Shown: piece by piece, positions 31,051 through 43,084 of the stretch
Position numbering within the stretch: the stretch's first letter is position 1
Layout: the number at the start of each line of letters is the position of its first letter
Source of the DNA: an uncultured cyanobacterium
GTDB lineage: Bacteria; Cyanobacteriota; Cyanobacteriia; Cyanobacteriales; CAWUOF01
Length of the DNA stretch: 64,000 bases
Direction of reading: 5' to 3'
Assembly (NCBI GenBank): GCA_963744145.1
Contig: CAVUSO010000001.1
Coordinates: 1,742,831-1,806,830, forward strand
Program-made: the position numbers and the translations under genes
Notes under the pieces: generated by a model
Database searches by the model: none
Seen by the model: only the letters and a program-made list of their open reading frames with translations
Told to the model about the DNA's origin: nothing

Positions 31051-31085
31051 AGGAGATTTCAGGTCTGTCGAATAGACAAGAGTGA

Positions 31086-32208
31086 CTATGTGTTTGCTGC
31101 GGCTAGGCCGCCTGAAGGAATCATCAAAGTGCCACATTGACCCTGATGGCGCAAAAGATGATCGCATAATACTAATGCAACCATTGCTTCTACCATAGGC
31201 ACTGCTCTAGGCAAAACGCAAGGGTCATGTCGTCCTTTTGCAGCTAAAATCGTTTCTTCTCCCTGATTAGTCACGGTGCGCTGCTCTTGACGAATTGTAG
31301 CAGTTGGTTTAAACGCCACACGTAAAATAATATTTTCACTATTGGAAATGCCACCCTGAATTCCGCCAGAACGATTGGTGCGTGTTCGCACTTCTCTATT
31401 ATCTACATAGAATTCATCATTGTGTTCACTTCCTGTCATCAGGGTACCAGCAAAACCTGACCCAATTTCAAATCCTTTACTTGCTGGTAATGACATGACA
31501 CCTTTGGCGAGATCTGCTTCCAATTTATCAAAAACTGGATCACCTAATCCTGATGGGACATTTCTAACTACACACTCTACTACACCTCCAATGGAATCTC
31601 CTTGTTTTCGCACTTGTTCAATTAGTTTGATCATCCGTTCGGCACAATCGGCATCAGGACAACGTGCAATGTTGCTTTCTACTTCCTCGATGGTAACTTG
31701 GTCAGGATCGATTACTGCTTCTAGATCTTTAATGCGTTTAACATAACCGACTATTTCTACATCAGCAACTTGTTTTAAGATTTTTTTGGCGATCGCTCCT
31801 GCTGCGACTCTACCGATGGTTTCTCGCGCTGAAGATTTACCTCCACCTTGCCAGTTGCGAATGCCATATTTAGCATCATAGGTCGCATCTGCATGGGAAG
31901 GTCGATATTTGACAGCCATTTCATCATAATCCTGGGGACGAGTGTCTTGATTGCGGACTAACATCGCGATCGGTGTCCCCAATGTTTTTCCTTCAAATAC
32001 TCCTGAAACAATTTCGCATAGATCTGCTTCTTGACGTGGTGTGGTAATTTTGCTCTGTCCTGGACGTTCTCCGATCTAGTTCTTGTTGGATTTCTAATAC
32101 GGAAATTTCTAGTCTTGGTGGACAACCATCGATCACTACGCCCACTCCACCTCCGTGGGACTCTCCAAATGTGGTTATGCGAAATAAATGTCCGAAGGTA
32201 TTACCCAT
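31086..32208 (-). pseudogene. aroC: Chorismate synthase aroC interrupted by an apparent +1 frameshift (two ORFs: 31993..32208 N-terminal part, 31086..31982 remainder)
   Basis: The N-terminal ORF reads [47 protein letters not shown], then runs out of frame. Shifting one base at about 32066-32072 (an agaa run) restores ...[35 protein letters not shown], which joins the second ORF ([19 protein letters not shown]...). The remainder is a full-length AroC. Confidence 0.7.
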
Positions 32209-32413
32209 GATCTCGCTTGCTGCTGCTCTCAGAAATTTATATTTTAACAGTCTTTGCTTGCGAATAGTTAATTGATCAACTGGATTTTGCTGCTCTGATT
32301 CCCTATTCTGTAGAGAAATTTTTCAATTGAAACAGTTAGAACTTGGCCATGATAGAGTTAGGGTAAGATTTGGTGAGGACTAAATAGTAAATTAATGGGG
32401 TAATCAAAAAATT

Positions 32414-33526
32414 ATGAGTAATGACTATTTTACAGAAACAACAGTTACGGGATGGGGAGAACGTCTTGGCCAATCTTGCTTTGGCATGATTCTAGGGCTT
32501 TTATTATTTTTTGCTTCATTTTTTGTATTGTTTTGGAATGAAGGACGGACTGATTTTTCTGCCGTTGCTCAAAACGCGATCGAAATCTCTATAAATACGA
32601 CTGATAGTAAATCTGTTGGTAAATTTGTATCTGTCAGTGGTTCATTAACAACAAATCAAACATTAGGAGATGGAATATGGTTAAAACCAGGTAATTATAT
32701 TGCTGCTCAAAGACAGGTAGAAATGTATGCTTGGAAACAAGATGAACGGACAGAAACTCACAAAAATGTTGGTGGTTCTGAAACTAAAACAACCACCTAT
32801 ATATATAACAAAGAGTGGCAAATAAACCCGCCTCAATCATCATCTTTTCGTTATGCTCAAGGACATGAAAATCCACCGATGCTAGTAAATGGTGAGGTTT
32901 TTCGTGTGACTGAAGCTAAAATCGGTATTTATGATATTAATCCAGCTAATGTAGAGTTACCAGAACTAAATCATCTGCGTTTAAATACTAATAATATCAA
33001 TCAAACCCAAGGTTTTTTCTTAGCAAATAACTATTTATTTAAAGGAACAGGTTCATTGAAGAATCCTGCCTTAGGAGATCTGAGGCTATCTTATTCTATA
33101 TTAGAAAATCAGGCTAACGTAACTCTATTTGGAAAACTCGATAATTCTAACCATATTGAACCATATTTGATCGGAAATGAAACCTTCTACCGATTATTTC
33201 GGGGCGATCGAGCTAGTGCGATCGCCAAGATGAAACAGGAATATAAACTCTGGACTTGGATTTTCCGAGGGGTTGGCTTTTTGATGATGTGGATCGGTTT
33301 ATCTCTAGAGTTTGGTCTAGTTACAACTTTTCTAGATGTATTACCCTTTCTGGGTAATATTGCTGAAGGAATTACTGGCACTGGCAGTTTTTTGGTAGCA
33401 TTGGTTCTTTCCACCGTTACAATTTTAGTATCCTCTCTCCTGCATAATATTGTAGCTCTGCTAATAGCTATTGCGATCGGAATAACTGTCATTCTATTTT
33501 TCCGCAATCTCAGACGATCTAACTAG
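32414..33526 (+). CDS. TMEM43/DUF1625-like membrane protein (N-terminal TM, large extracytoplasmic domain, C-terminal TM bundle)
   Basis: Topology and overall organisation read from the translation; the family assignment is tentative. Confidence 0.4.
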   Translation: MSNDYFTETTVTGWGERLGQSCFGMILGLLLFFASFFVLFWNEGRTDFSAVAQNAIEISINTTDSKSVGKFVSVSGSLTTNQTLGDGIWLKPGNYIAAQRQVEMYAWKQDERTETHKNVGGSETKTTTYIYNKEWQINPPQSSSFRYAQGHENPPMLVNGEVFRVTEAKIGIYDINPANVELPELNHLRLNTNNINQTQGFFLANNYLFKGTGSLKNPALGDLRLSYSILENQANVTLFGKLDNSNHIEPYLIGNETFYRLFRGDRASAIAKMKQEYKLWTWIFRGVGFLMMWIGLSLEFGLVTTFLDVLPFLGNIAEGITGTGSFLVALVLSTVTILVSSLLHNIVALLIAIAIGITVILFFRNLRRSN

Positions 33527-33631
33527 TCTAGAAACCGGGTTTGATCCATAAATTCAGTAACCAACCAAAATTTTTCTGAACAACCCGGTTTTTTTATAGT
33601 TTTTTTTGGAACAATAATCCCTTAATTAATT

Positions 33632-34192
33632 TTACCTAATTGCGGACAGAAGTGGAATATAACCTAATTTTTCCAGAGCTATAATTACCTTAGCAACGCT
33701 TTCATCAATACTTTCCTCGACTGTAGAGCAAATCACTTCTGGGTGCAACGGTTCTTCGTAGGGATCATCAATCCCAGTAAAATGCTTAATTTCTCCCGAT
33801 CGCGCTTTAGCATACAACCCTTTCACATCCCTAGCTTCGCAAACATGGAGAGGTGCTTTTACATACACTTCCACAAAATTAGTAGTCATCGTTCGCACTT
33901 CATCTCGGAGGGCTCGATAAGGACTAATCGCTGCGATGATGGCAATTACTCCATTTCGACTCAGCAAATTTGCTACAAAGCCGATCCGACGAATATTTGT
34001 GTCCCGATCTTCCTTACTAAACCCTAATCCTTTACTCAGATGAGTACGGACAATATCCCCATCTAATAACTCAACTCGACAATTACGCAGTTTCAGTTCA
34101 CTCTCAACTCTTTGGGAAATAGTAGTTTTACCTGCACCACTCAGCCCCGTAAACCACAAAGTCACACCTTGATTTTGCATATTCCTTGACAA
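33632..34192 (-). CDS. cysC: Adenylylsulfate (APS) kinase
   Basis: [19 protein letters not shown] (P-loop) ...[32 protein letters not shown].. is the APS kinase signature. Confidence 0.9.
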   Translation of the reverse strand: MSRNMQNQGVTLWFTGLSGAGKTTISQRVESELKLRNCRVELLDGDIVRTHLSKGLGFSKEDRDTNIRRIGFVANLLSRNGVIAIIAAISPYRALRDEVRTMTTNFVEVYVKAPLHVCEARDVKGLYAKARSGEIKHFTGIDDPYEEPLHPEVICSTVEESIDESVAKVIIALEKLGYIPLLSAIR

Positions 34193-36477
34193 TCATTTGC
34201 AATTAACGACGACAGCCAGAAGTTTCCTAATATCCCGCGATCGCCCTGTTCTTCACCTTGGATATTAGCATTACTACTATTTCCATTTGAGGTGGTTTCA
34301 CCATAATACGAGTAATAGGAATAATAGATATCCCCGCGATCTGTATCAACCATGTTTACTACTAACCCAGCTATATGGCTTTTACTGACTTTCAGAAGTT
34401 CCGTCGCTCGTAAGATCGCTGCACGAGTTGCTCCTTCCATCGCTGCGACAAAAACAACGCTATCGACTTTTGCTGCTAAACTTTGGGCATCTGCTACCCC
34501 AACGATCGGTGTGCTATCTAACAAGACATAATCATAAGTTTGACGCCATTCCTTTAATAGTGCTGCCATTTTTTCCGATTCTAACAATGCTACTGGATTG
34601 GGAGGATTTGGCCCAGAAGTCAGAACGGTTATTTTTCCTCCAGAAAAAGAATGAGTTAGCTGATCCCAAGATTTGTCAGTTGCGATCGCGGTACTCAATC
34701 CCACCGCATTCGGGATCTGCCATAATTTATGAACTTTTGGTTTACGCATATCTGCATCAACAATCAACACTCGTTGACCTAACTCTGCTAAAGATAAGCC
34801 TAAATTATAAACTAAGGTACTCTTACCTTCCCCAGGAGTTGATGAAGTAAAAGCTAAGGTCTTGACTTGACCACTAGCACCGAGAAAACGTAAATTTAGT
34901 GCTAAAGAACGAAATGCTTCTGTAAATGGTGAGCGATCGTAACCTCGAGATTTGCCATTTAGTGCTTCAACTTGGGGAGTAATATCAGGGTTTTCCACTC
35001 GAGGAACTACTCCAAGTAAAGGTATTCCCGTCAATTCCTTAATCTCTTCAACTCGTTTCACTCTTTGATCTAAGCGTTCGAGTAACACCGCAAATCCGAT
35101 CCCTAATACACCACCTGCTAACATCCCCAGGAGTAAATTGCGCTGAATATTTGGTGATATGGGAGCATCTGGTAAATGGGGAGGTTCTAAAATGCGCCAA
35201 GGAGCAGTTTCTTGAGCTTCAGAAATCCGCAGTTCTTGTAATTTTTCTAAAAAGCGGTTAACTGCATCAGACCTAATCTTAACTTGACGTTGTAATTCTG
35301 CATAAGCTTGTTGCAGTTGGGGAATTTGTTGAAAACTACCCGCTACTTGTGTTTGGGCTTGCAAAATGCTATTAAATTGACTCATTTGCGATGCTAAATC
35401 TGTCTCTACTTGGAGCAATTGACTAGCCAGACCCTGTTGAATTTCTCCTGAGCCGGTCACATCACTGATATCAACTTGGGAAACGGCATTTCCCATGACT
35501 TGCACTGACCGTTCTTGTAGCAATCTCAGCGTTTGATCTCGCTGTTGTTTCAGGTTTTCCACAATCGGATGATTGTCATAATAACGAGTGCGTTCCACCG
35601 TATATTTAGCTTCTATTTCCTTTAAATTACTGGCGATTTTTTGATAGACAGCATCTTGGGCTAAAAGAGACTTAGCCAACGCGGTATCAGGATTTTGACC
35701 AACTTTCTCCATTTGTCGTCGCAGTTCTTGATATCGGCGCTGATTTTGGTTAATTGAAATTGCTAATGCTTGAGCTTGTTCTTGAAATGATTCTTTATTT
35801 TTGACAACTATATCTGCATAAGAATCAGGATCAACAATGCTATAACGTTGCCGAAATGCCCGAATTGCTAAAGCTGATTCATTTAAGTCTTGTTGGGCTT
35901 GGGGTAATTGTTGGTTAATAAATTCGATCGCGTTTGTTGCTTGACCTCGTTTTTTCTCTAAGCTATAATTGACATAAGTAGCTCCTAATGCTTCTAGCAC
36001 TGCTTTAGCTCGATCGGGAATTGTATCTGTATAGGATACAATTAATATTTCTGCCTGTCCAACTTGACGAATAGAAAGATTTTTGCTAATATAAGAAATG
36101 GGAATATTTTTATAGCTATCGTCTAATTTATTAATGGCTTTAGCAATTAAAGATTGGCTTTGCAAGATTTGAATTTCGGTTGATAAATCCTTCGTATTAA
36201 GATTATTTGTATTAGCGTCCGTCGGTGAGTTAACAATTGGTACAGCCGTTTTTTGATCGAGTAAAATTAAAGTCTCTGACTGATATTTGGGGATAGTAGA
36301 AAAAGTAGAAAGAGCTACACCCACAAACACAGACACAGCAACAGCGATCGCCTGGGGCCATCTTTTGCGGAGGGATCTGCCTAAGTCAGCTCCTCCCAAC
36401 CCAGAACTACTAGTTTCACTCTGAATGAAATCGTCTTTGAGCTGTTTTAATTCAGTTGCTACTTGCAGTTCAGACAC
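34162..36477 (-). CDS. Exopolysaccharide chain-length determinant / tyrosine autokinase (Wzc/GumC-like polysaccharide co-polymerase)
   Basis: N-terminal TM + Wzz-like coiled-coil periplasmic domain + second TM. C-terminal P-loop kinase domain [37 protein letters not shown]. Tyr-rich tail [12 protein letters not shown]. Confidence 0.8.
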   Translation of the reverse strand: MSELQVATELKQLKDDFIQSETSSSGLGGADLGRSLRKRWPQAIAVAVSVFVGVALSTFSTIPKYQSETLILLDQKTAVPIVNSPTDANTNNLNTKDLSTEIQILQSQSLIAKAINKLDDSYKNIPISYISKNLSIRQVGQAEILIVSYTDTIPDRAKAVLEALGATYVNYSLEKKRGQATNAIEFINQQLPQAQQDLNESALAIRAFRQRYSIVDPDSYADIVVKNKESFQEQAQALAISINQNQRRYQELRRQMEKVGQNPDTALAKSLLAQDAVYQKIASNLKEIEAKYTVERTRYYDNHPIVENLKQQRDQTLRLLQERSVQVMGNAVSQVDISDVTGSGEIQQGLASQLLQVETDLASQMSQFNSILQAQTQVAGSFQQIPQLQQAYAELQRQVKIRSDAVNRFLEKLQELRISEAQETAPWRILEPPHLPDAPISPNIQRNLLLGMLAGGVLGIGFAVLLERLDQRVKRVEEIKELTGIPLLGVVPRVENPDITPQVEALNGKSRGYDRSPFTEAFRSLALNLRFLGASGQVKTLAFTSSTPGEGKSTLVYNLGLSLAELGQRVLIVDADMRKPKVHKLWQIPNAVGLSTAIATDKSWDQLTHSFSGGKITVLTSGPNPPNPVALLESEKMAALLKEWRQTYDYVLLDSTPIVGVADAQSLAAKVDSVVFVAAMEGATRAAILRATELLKVSKSHIAGLVVNMVDTDRGDIYYSYYSYYGETTSNGNSSNANIQGEEQGDRGILGNFWLSSLIANDCQGICKIKV

Positions 36478-36982
36478 TTTACCCTCATAATTGTTATAGG
36501 TTAATTAGTCCGATTTCTCTCCATCGACTAAAAGAGAAAGAGACTATTCACTATAACTAACTAAATTTTCCATTATCCGGAAAATGTTATTCTTTTGGCT
36601 TACCATACCATTACAACGTCGCAAATACGTTAAATTTTCCAGCTTTACGCTCGTTTGTTTGGCGTCCTTGTGCCAGTTTGTAGTGATTAATTAAATTTTG
36701 TTGGTGTTGCGTTCACGTAGTGTATCGTAGGTAATCGCGGTAGCTTACCGTAGGTGTCCAGTGTCCTGCTTTTGGTCGCGATCGCTCTCAACTAATTACT
36801 CTCCCTAGTTCTACCAATTCTGACAATTATGACTACAGATGATCTGTAGTGCCAATTTATGAAACTGGTATTACTTGCTACTTGGCGGCTGATATCAGCT
36901 TCGCTATTTCCAAATGAACAGAAGACCTAGGAATTTATTCATTTTTCTTTTCCTTAGTATATTTCAACGCTTTATGGAGAAT

Positions 36983-38350
36983 TTAAGCAATAACAAAGCG
37001 ATCACGTCCTTGATCTTTTGCTTGATATAGTGCTTTGTCTGCATCCGCAACTAGGGTATCTGGAGCAACTTCTAAGGTGGGAATAAGTACGGCGATTCCT
37101 AGGCTAACTGTAACAATATTCTTGACATTAGATTTTTCATGGGGAATTGCTAAATTATGAATTGCTTGCTGATTTTTTGCTGCTACATTAACCGCTCCTG
37201 CTAAATCTGTATTAGGTAGGAGCATGGTAAATTCTTCTCCACCATAACGTGCTACTAAATCAGCAGGACGACAAACTTGCTGCTGTATTACTTGCGCGAT
37301 CTTAATTAAACAATCATCACCTGCCAAATGACCATAATAGTCGTTGTAGGATTTGAACTTATCAACATCAAATAAAATCAGTGCAAGGGGCTGTTTTTCT
37401 CTTGTTAAACGCTGCCATTCCCGGTGTAAGCGATCGTTAAAACAACGACGATTAGCAACTTGAGTCAACTCATCTATATTAGCCAATAATTCGAGTTTTT
37501 GGTTAGCATTTTGGAGAGCCATTTCAACTTCTTTCCGAGCCGTAATATCCCTGATCGTAATAGCAAAACCATCACCTAACTTAACCGCTACGAAGTGATA
37601 CCAAGAAGACGCACCTAATCGATAGTAAAAATCCCGTTCTAAAGGTTCTCCAATTTCAACAAGTTCGATGAAGCGATCAAATAATTCTGAGTCAAAACGG
37701 CTGAGAAATTTTTTTAGCACTAGTTTACCGATCAGATCTTCACAATTACTTCCAAAAGCTCTAGCAATTACAGAATTGACAACTAAACAACGAAAATCTT
37801 CAATATTTCCTGTTGTAGGTTTGCGAACAGCTTGCATGGCCGCAATCCCATCAAGGGAACTATTTAAAATACTAGAAAGTAATACTCTAGATTGATAAAG
37901 TACCTCTTCTACTTCCCGGCGTTTAGTGACCTCTTGTTGCCAAAGTTGTTGCTGACGTTGAATCATTAACTGATTTTCTAGACGTACTACAACTTCTTCA
38001 ATTTGAAAGGGTTTAGTGATGTAGTCTATCCCCCCTGACTCAAAGGCTGTTACTTTGTCGAAAACATCATCTAAAGCACTAATAAAAATAACGGGAATGC
38101 TGCGTAAACTTTCGTCTGCTTTGAGATTTCTACAGACTTCATAACCATCCATTTCTGGCATTTTAACATCTAAAAGGATTACATCTGGTTGCTTTACCTT
38201 TACTGTTTTTAATGCCAGCCACCCACTGGTAACACTCCGAACAGTATAGCCAAGGTTAAAGAGCGAATCGCTTAGTAATTGTAAATTTTCAGGAATGTCA
38301 TCTACGATGAGAATATTACCTTTATTTTCGCTTTTAGAATTAAGATTCAT
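36983..38350 (-). CDS. Response regulator with PAS and GGDEF domains (diguanylate cyclase)
   Basis: [34 protein letters not shown]; GGDEF active-site motif RYGGEEF; its start overlaps the 3' end of the kinase gene by 11 nt. Confidence 0.9.
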   Translation of the reverse strand: MNLNSKSENKGNILIVDDIPENLQLLSDSLFNLGYTVRSVTSGWLALKTVKVKQPDVILLDVKMPEMDGYEVCRNLKADESLRSIPVIFISALDDVFDKVTAFESGGIDYITKPFQIEEVVVRLENQLMIQRQQQLWQQEVTKRREVEEVLYQSRVLLSSILNSSLDGIAAMQAVRKPTTGNIEDFRCLVVNSVIARAFGSNCEDLIGKLVLKKFLSRFDSELFDRFIELVEIGEPLERDFYYRLGASSWYHFVAVKLGDGFAITIRDITARKEVEMALQNANQKLELLANIDELTQVANRRCFNDRLHREWQRLTREKQPLALILFDVDKFKSYNDYYGHLAGDDCLIKIAQVIQQQVCRPADLVARYGGEEFTMLLPNTDLAGAVNVAAKNQQAIHNLAIPHEKSNVKNIVTVSLGIAVLIPTLEVAPDTLVADADKALYQAKDQGRDRFVIA

Positions 38351-41003
38351 TTCTGATTAGGGGTTCAACTAAATCAACAATATACTCGAATTTAAATCGA
38401 CGGGCAAGTTTTGTCAGTGATTGGATTAAACGAGTTTCTGTTTCTGGAATTTCTCCGATCAATTGGATCACCAGATTAGGATTAGCCTCAAGAGCAGCTT
38501 CGTATAGTTGAGTAATCCATTTTTCAGACATACAGTTTAGCTGTACCGATGTCAAAACGCTCTCTGTTAACTCCTCTGATGTCGGTAGTTGTGTTTCTGC
38601 ATAGATATATTTTACTCCCAAATGCTTGGCTAGGACGTCAAAAATCCTGTATTCAGTAAAGGGTTTGCGGAGGAAGTCATCACACCCTGCTGAGAGAACT
38701 ATGGCTTTTTCTTCTTCTAATAAGCTCGCAGTAACGGCAATTATTGCTGTAGCATTGCCTTTAGTGGTGGATTTGATGTATTTGGTAGCTTCATAACCAT
38801 CCATAATCGGCATTCTCATGTCCATCCAAATCAGGTGGGGTTCCCATTCATCCCAAATCGCGATCGCTTCTTGACCATTACTAGCCTCTTTCATCTCAAA
38901 TCCTAACGGTTCTAAAAGCTTAATTAGTAATTGTCGATTAATCAGTTTATCATCTACTGTCAGAATTTTGTAGGTAGGTTGACCAGGAGCCAATGCCAGA
39001 ACTATTGGATGTTCTTCTGTACTCTTACTGACTGTTCTCTGACCTAATTTTGTTTGAATATAAAATTCAAAAGTTGTGTTTTTTCCTAATTCACTTTCTA
39101 CGGAAATATCTCCTCCCATTAGTTGGACAAATTTTCGACTTATTGCTAAACCTAAGCCTGTTCCTTCTTGCATCTCTTTTCCAGCCTGTGCTTGAAAAAA
39201 GGCATCAAAAAGCTTTGGCAATTCGTCAGCAGCAATCCCTACCCCAGTATTCTGGACGCGAAAATGAAGATTAAAAATATCGGTAGTTTCTCGATCGCCC
39301 TGAAAGACCTTCAAAATAATTTTACCCCGGTCGGTAAATTTAATCGCATTGCTGAGTAAATTAATTAAAACCTGACGAAGTTTGACTTCATCAGTACAAA
39401 TATAGCGGGGGATATCTTCTATCTGCTGAAAAACTAACTCTAACCCAGCATTAGTTGCCCGCAGATGTAGCAGATCTTCTAAATCCTTTAGCAAGAAATG
39501 TAAGTCAAAATCTTTAGGGTTGAGGATAGTTTTACCAGCTTCAATTTTCGATAAATCTAAAACATTATTAATCAGGGTCAATAAGTAATCACCACTGCGA
39601 TTAATAATGCTCGCATTTTCTTGATGAGATGGTGGTAAGTTTCTAGCACGCACCATCAATTGAGAAAAACCGATAATAGCATTAAGAGGCGATCGCAATT
39701 CATGACTTATGTTAGCAATAAACATACTTTTGGCTTGATTAGCGACTTCAGCTTTTTCTTTAGCAATGGCTAACTCTGCTGTTCTCTCCTGTACCCGTTG
39801 TTCCAAAGTTTCCAAAGATGTTTGTAACTCAAATGCCATGTTATTAAATGATTTTGCCAGTTGACCTATTTCATCTTTTGAGTTAATTTTGGCGCGGATA
39901 TATAAGTTACCTGCGGTAAACTGGAAAACTATATTGGTCAGGTAAATTATTGGTTTGGTTAATAGTTGCCCAATGGCAAAAGCAAAGATTGTTACTACTC
40001 CAGCAATAAATACAAATAGAAACATTGCGTCCTGAACTTGCTTGGTTACAGGTGCTAGGGCAACAGCAATGGGCTGGGCGAACAACACAGACCAATGTTT
40101 ATATTTTATATGTGCGATCGCCATCAGATTAACCTGATTACCTGTTGCTGCCAAAGATGTAATTAAATAGGACTGTTTATGATCCAATGCTTGCTTAAGT
40201 TTTGACTCATTAGTTGCCAATTCTTTAACAGGATAATTAGGCAAACGCCCTTCTTGTTGCAGTTGAGTTACAAGATCATTAGGCAGAGGCATAATTGGTT
40301 TAAAAAGCATTTCTGGTGCAGTGCTATGTGCCAGATAAATATTATTTTCATCTAAAAGAATAGCAAAAGATTTTGAACCAGCCCGTTCAGTTTGTCGAGT
40401 TACTAGCTGTTGGACAACAGTAGCATTGTATGAAACCCGCAATACCCCCAATATATTTCCTTTGGCATTGCGAACTGGACTGCTAAAAAAGAGCGTAACA
40501 AGGTCTGGAATTGTCGGCGATCGCTTCATCCTAGAAACAAAAGGTAAATCAGTTTGTACTGGTTTTTTAAAATAATCTTGAACTGATTCATCTTTACCAA
40601 TATTTAGTGTATGTGTATCCAATAAATTTTTTCCATTTAAGTCGAGCAAAGCATAGGAGAGAACATTGAGCATATCTTTGCGACTAAGACGGATTAATGT
40701 TTCTGTCGCTAATTGCATTTCGGGGCTGTCATCTCGGTGTTTTGGAGTTAGGTTGAGATAGCGTGCTAAACCAGGTAAAATCGCTTCTACGCGCACCGCA
40801 TCGAGATTTGCATCAATAAAGTCATCAATTCTGTTAGCAGTTTCGTTAGCTGCCGCAGAGAGGGCTTGTCGGGCGTTGTCAGTAAGTGCTTTTTCAGTTG
40901 TCTTTATGTTGATAAATGCCAATAACAGCAACGGAATCAAAGCAACAATGAGAAATGAGGCGATCAACTTTGTACGGATGCCGCCCAAAAAGGAATGCTG
41001 CAT
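38340..41003 (-). CDS. Hybrid sensor histidine kinase with periplasmic double-Cache-like domain, HAMP, HisKA, HATPase, REC and C-terminal helical domain
   Basis: Two TM segments flank a ~300-aa periplasmic region; H-box [15 protein letters not shown]2 [12 protein letters not shown]; [32 protein letters not shown]. Confidence 0.85.
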   Translation of the reverse strand: MQHSFLGGIRTKLIASFLIVALIPLLLLAFINIKTTEKALTDNARQALSAAANETANRIDDFIDANLDAVRVEAILPGLARYLNLTPKHRDDSPEMQLATETLIRLSRKDMLNVLSYALLDLNGKNLLDTHTLNIGKDESVQDYFKKPVQTDLPFVSRMKRSPTIPDLVTLFFSSPVRNAKGNILGVLRVSYNATVVQQLVTRQTERAGSKSFAILLDENNIYLAHSTAPEMLFKPIMPLPNDLVTQLQQEGRLPNYPVKELATNESKLKQALDHKQSYLITSLAATGNQVNLMAIAHIKYKHWSVLFAQPIAVALAPVTKQVQDAMFLFVFIAGVVTIFAFAIGQLLTKPIIYLTNIVFQFTAGNLYIRAKINSKDEIGQLAKSFNNMAFELQTSLETLEQRVQERTAELAIAKEKAEVANQAKSMFIANISHELRSPLNAIIGFSQLMVRARNLPPSHQENASIINRSGDYLLTLINNVLDLSKIEAGKTILNPKDFDLHFLLKDLEDLLHLRATNAGLELVFQQIEDIPRYICTDEVKLRQVLINLLSNAIKFTDRGKIILKVFQGDRETTDIFNLHFRVQNTGVGIAADELPKLFDAFFQAQAGKEMQEGTGLGLAISRKFVQLMGGDISVESELGKNTTFEFYIQTKLGQRTVSKSTEEHPIVLALAPGQPTYKILTVDDKLINRQLLIKLLEPLGFEMKEASNGQEAIAIWDEWEPHLIWMDMRMPIMDGYEATKYIKSTTKGNATAIIAVTASLLEEEKAIVLSAGCDDFLRKPFTEYRIFDVLAKHLGVKYIYAETQLPTSEELTESVLTSVQLNCMSEKWITQLYEAALEANPNLVIQLIGEIPETETRLIQSLTKLARRFKFEYIVDLVEPLIRNES

Positions 41004-41012
41004 GGCTTTAAA

Positions 41013-41993
41013 TTAAGAGGGAGAGTTTAAGAAGGAAGAATTGAACAAACTTTTTAGCTCAGGAATAGATGTCACGTTTCCAGAGCGAATAAAAAAGTCT
41101 GCATAGATTTTGGCAGTTTGGTAAATGGAGTTAGGGTTGCGAGATTGAAAGAATTTTTGATTTTCACCTAAATCAGTTAGGCTTACTCCCTCCAGAGAGA
41201 TTGTATTGCTAGGAATTTTTAACGCTTTACTAATTATAGCATTTCCTTCCTGAACATTTGCTTTCCAGTAGGTCGAGGCTTCTAGCCATGCTCGTACAAA
41301 TGCCCGAACGTCTGAGGGGCGATCGCGGATGATCTCACCGCGAAAGATAATCAGATCTAAAATCAAGCCGGGGGTTTGTTTGCTAGTAAATAGGATATGC
41401 CCTCCTGATTTAATAGCTTCAGAAAGATGAGGTTCCCAAGTGTGTCCAGCTTGAATGGCATTATTTTTCAAGCGTTGAGGAATTTCTGAAGGCTCTAATT
41501 TAACCAAGTTCACATCATCGCTGGTTAACTTAGCAGTTTTCAACATTTCTGTCACGAAAACTTCACTAAAACCGCCTAGATTTGCACCCAGTTTTTTCCC
41601 TTTCAAGTCAGCGACAGTTTTAATTTGTGATTGGGCGACTACTACATCTCCTCCTGTTGATTCATCTATAACCACCACAGCTTGTAGATCTGGATTTGTG
41701 GCACTCAAGATGATAAAACTTCCCAAGGTCGATGTCATTCCATCATACTTACCCGCACTGAAATTCGCTATTTCTAATTGGATGTATTGTTTATAAATTA
41801 ATTCCACATCTACGCCTTGGGCTTTGAAGAATCCTTTTTCTTGAGCAATGATACCTGAATGCTCCCCAACAAAAGATGTAAATTCCACTTTCAATGGAGG
41901 AGGTTTTAATTTGGTCGGTACTGAAGCATGACAAGTAAATAGCAAACAGGCGGTAATGAGAGAAATACTAATATATCTAAGTAGTTTAAGCAT
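41013..41993 (-). CDS. Periplasmic ABC-type substrate-binding protein (NMT1/SsuA/TauA-like), probably the co-sensor of the downstream kinase
   Basis: Signal peptide, binding-protein fold pattern, and a 9-nt gap to the kinase gene on the same strand. Confidence 0.55.
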   Translation of the reverse strand: MLKLLRYISISLITACLLFTCHASVPTKLKPPPLKVEFTSFVGEHSGIIAQEKGFFKAQGVDVELIYKQYIQLEIANFSAGKYDGMTSTLGSFIILSATNPDLQAVVVIDESTGGDVVVAQSQIKTVADLKGKKLGANLGGFSEVFVTEMLKTAKLTSDDVNLVKLEPSEIPQRLKNNAIQAGHTWEPHLSEAIKSGGHILFTSKQTPGLILDLIIFRGEIIRDRPSDVRAFVRAWLEASTYWKANVQEGNAIISKALKIPSNTISLEGVSLTDLGENQKFFQSRNPNSIYQTAKIYADFFIRSGNVTSIPELKSLFNSSFLNSPS

Positions 41994-42056
41994 GGTATAC
42001 TCAATAGAATTTAATCATTGCTGATCAGGGGTTCAACTAAACCAATTAATTCTGGC

Positions 42057-42635
42057 CTACAAAATCTCATCAACGCTGATCACTATGTCCGGAAACGCAA
42101 GAGGTGAGATAGTTTCACCATGTCTAAATTGTTGGACACTTTCATAACCGTTAGGACTAGGGTTGCGATAAACCTCGACTAATTCCGCTGGGATGTCTAC
42201 GATCCAAAGTTCAATAATTCCTGCTTGACTGTAAAGAACTGATTTTTCATTACGGTCATATTCCACCGTAGTGACCGATACTTGGATTAATAGATATATG
42301 TCTTGGGGTTGTGGAAGCTGATACCTGTAACAATCCTCACGCGGTTTCAAAATAGATAGATCCGGTTCCGGTTCAAATTGTCCATTTAGTCTAACTGGGG
42401 TTTGTGATGTGATTAAAGCATGATCCCCTAAAGCCTTAAAGAAAATTTTCAGTAAACGCGGAATACAAGCCGCATGACGACTACCCATCGGTGCCATAAG
42501 CATAATATCCCCATCAATTAGTTCCGTTCGTTCATCAGGTCCAATTATCCCGATTTCACCCAGCTTGTAATATTCTTCTACCGTAAATTTCTTTCTTGCT
42601 GGTTTTGTTGCTACTGCGATCATCTTTCTCACCAT
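42057..42635 (-). CDS. Uma2-family (DUF820) putative endonuclease
   Basis: FTVEEYYKLGEIG...ELIDGDIMLMAPMGSRHAACIPRL...LSILKP...IYLLIQVSVTTVEYD...ELWIVD is the typical Uma2 pattern that is multicopy in cyanobacteria. Confidence 0.8.
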   Translation of the reverse strand: MVRKMIAVATKPARKKFTVEEYYKLGEIGIIGPDERTELIDGDIMLMAPMGSRHAACIPRLLKIFFKALGDHALITSQTPVRLNGQFEPEPDLSILKPREDCYRYQLPQPQDIYLLIQVSVTTVEYDRNEKSVLYSQAGIIELWIVDIPAELVEVYRNPSPNGYESVQQFRHGETISPLAFPDIVISVDEIL

Positions 42636-42870
42636 CCCATTAACTGACTAGCTCCGCTAATTCTCATTCTAATTGCGTTCACTAGCTTGTACCTTATGTA
42701 ATCGCGTAGTATACCGTAGGTAATCGCATATTGATCACACGACGAGCCGACTGTCTATCCTCTAGCCAGAGAATGCTCATTATCGGATAGTTATGGGTAA
42801 ATTTACTAATCCTCAAACAGTTATGATGTCGATCATACCTTCCCTATCTCTTATACCAATTTTTGATGAG

Positions 42871-42965
42871 GGTGCAGAGAATTGATCCCCCCAGCCCCCT
42901 TAACAAGGGGAGCATGAATTTAAAGTCCCCCTTGTTAAGGGGGATGCGAGGGGGATCTAGATCTA
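42871..42965. repeat. Hairpin repeat pair (cccccttaacaagggg / cccccttgttaaggggg) with GATCCCCC / GGGGGATC ends; same family as 5284-5372
   Basis: Read directly in the sequence. Confidence 0.45.
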
Positions 42966-43084
42966 TGCAACTTCACATTAAATTGGTATTACCAGGAGAA
43001 TAGGTCTAAAGACCAAGGTCGATCGAGTTGGTTAATTTACCAAGGATTACCAATAATCGTAAATCCACTCCAAAAATAAGGATG

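Noticed and set aside
31420-31746. 108-aa plus-strand ORF inside aroC
   Set aside because: Antisense to the chorismate synthase frame; Ser/Pro-rich composition typical of antisense artefacts.
33187-34850. ORFs 33187..33507 (-), 33743..34027 (+), 34428..34850 (+)
   Set aside because: Antisense to the TMEM43-like, cysC and Wzc-like genes respectively; no motifs.
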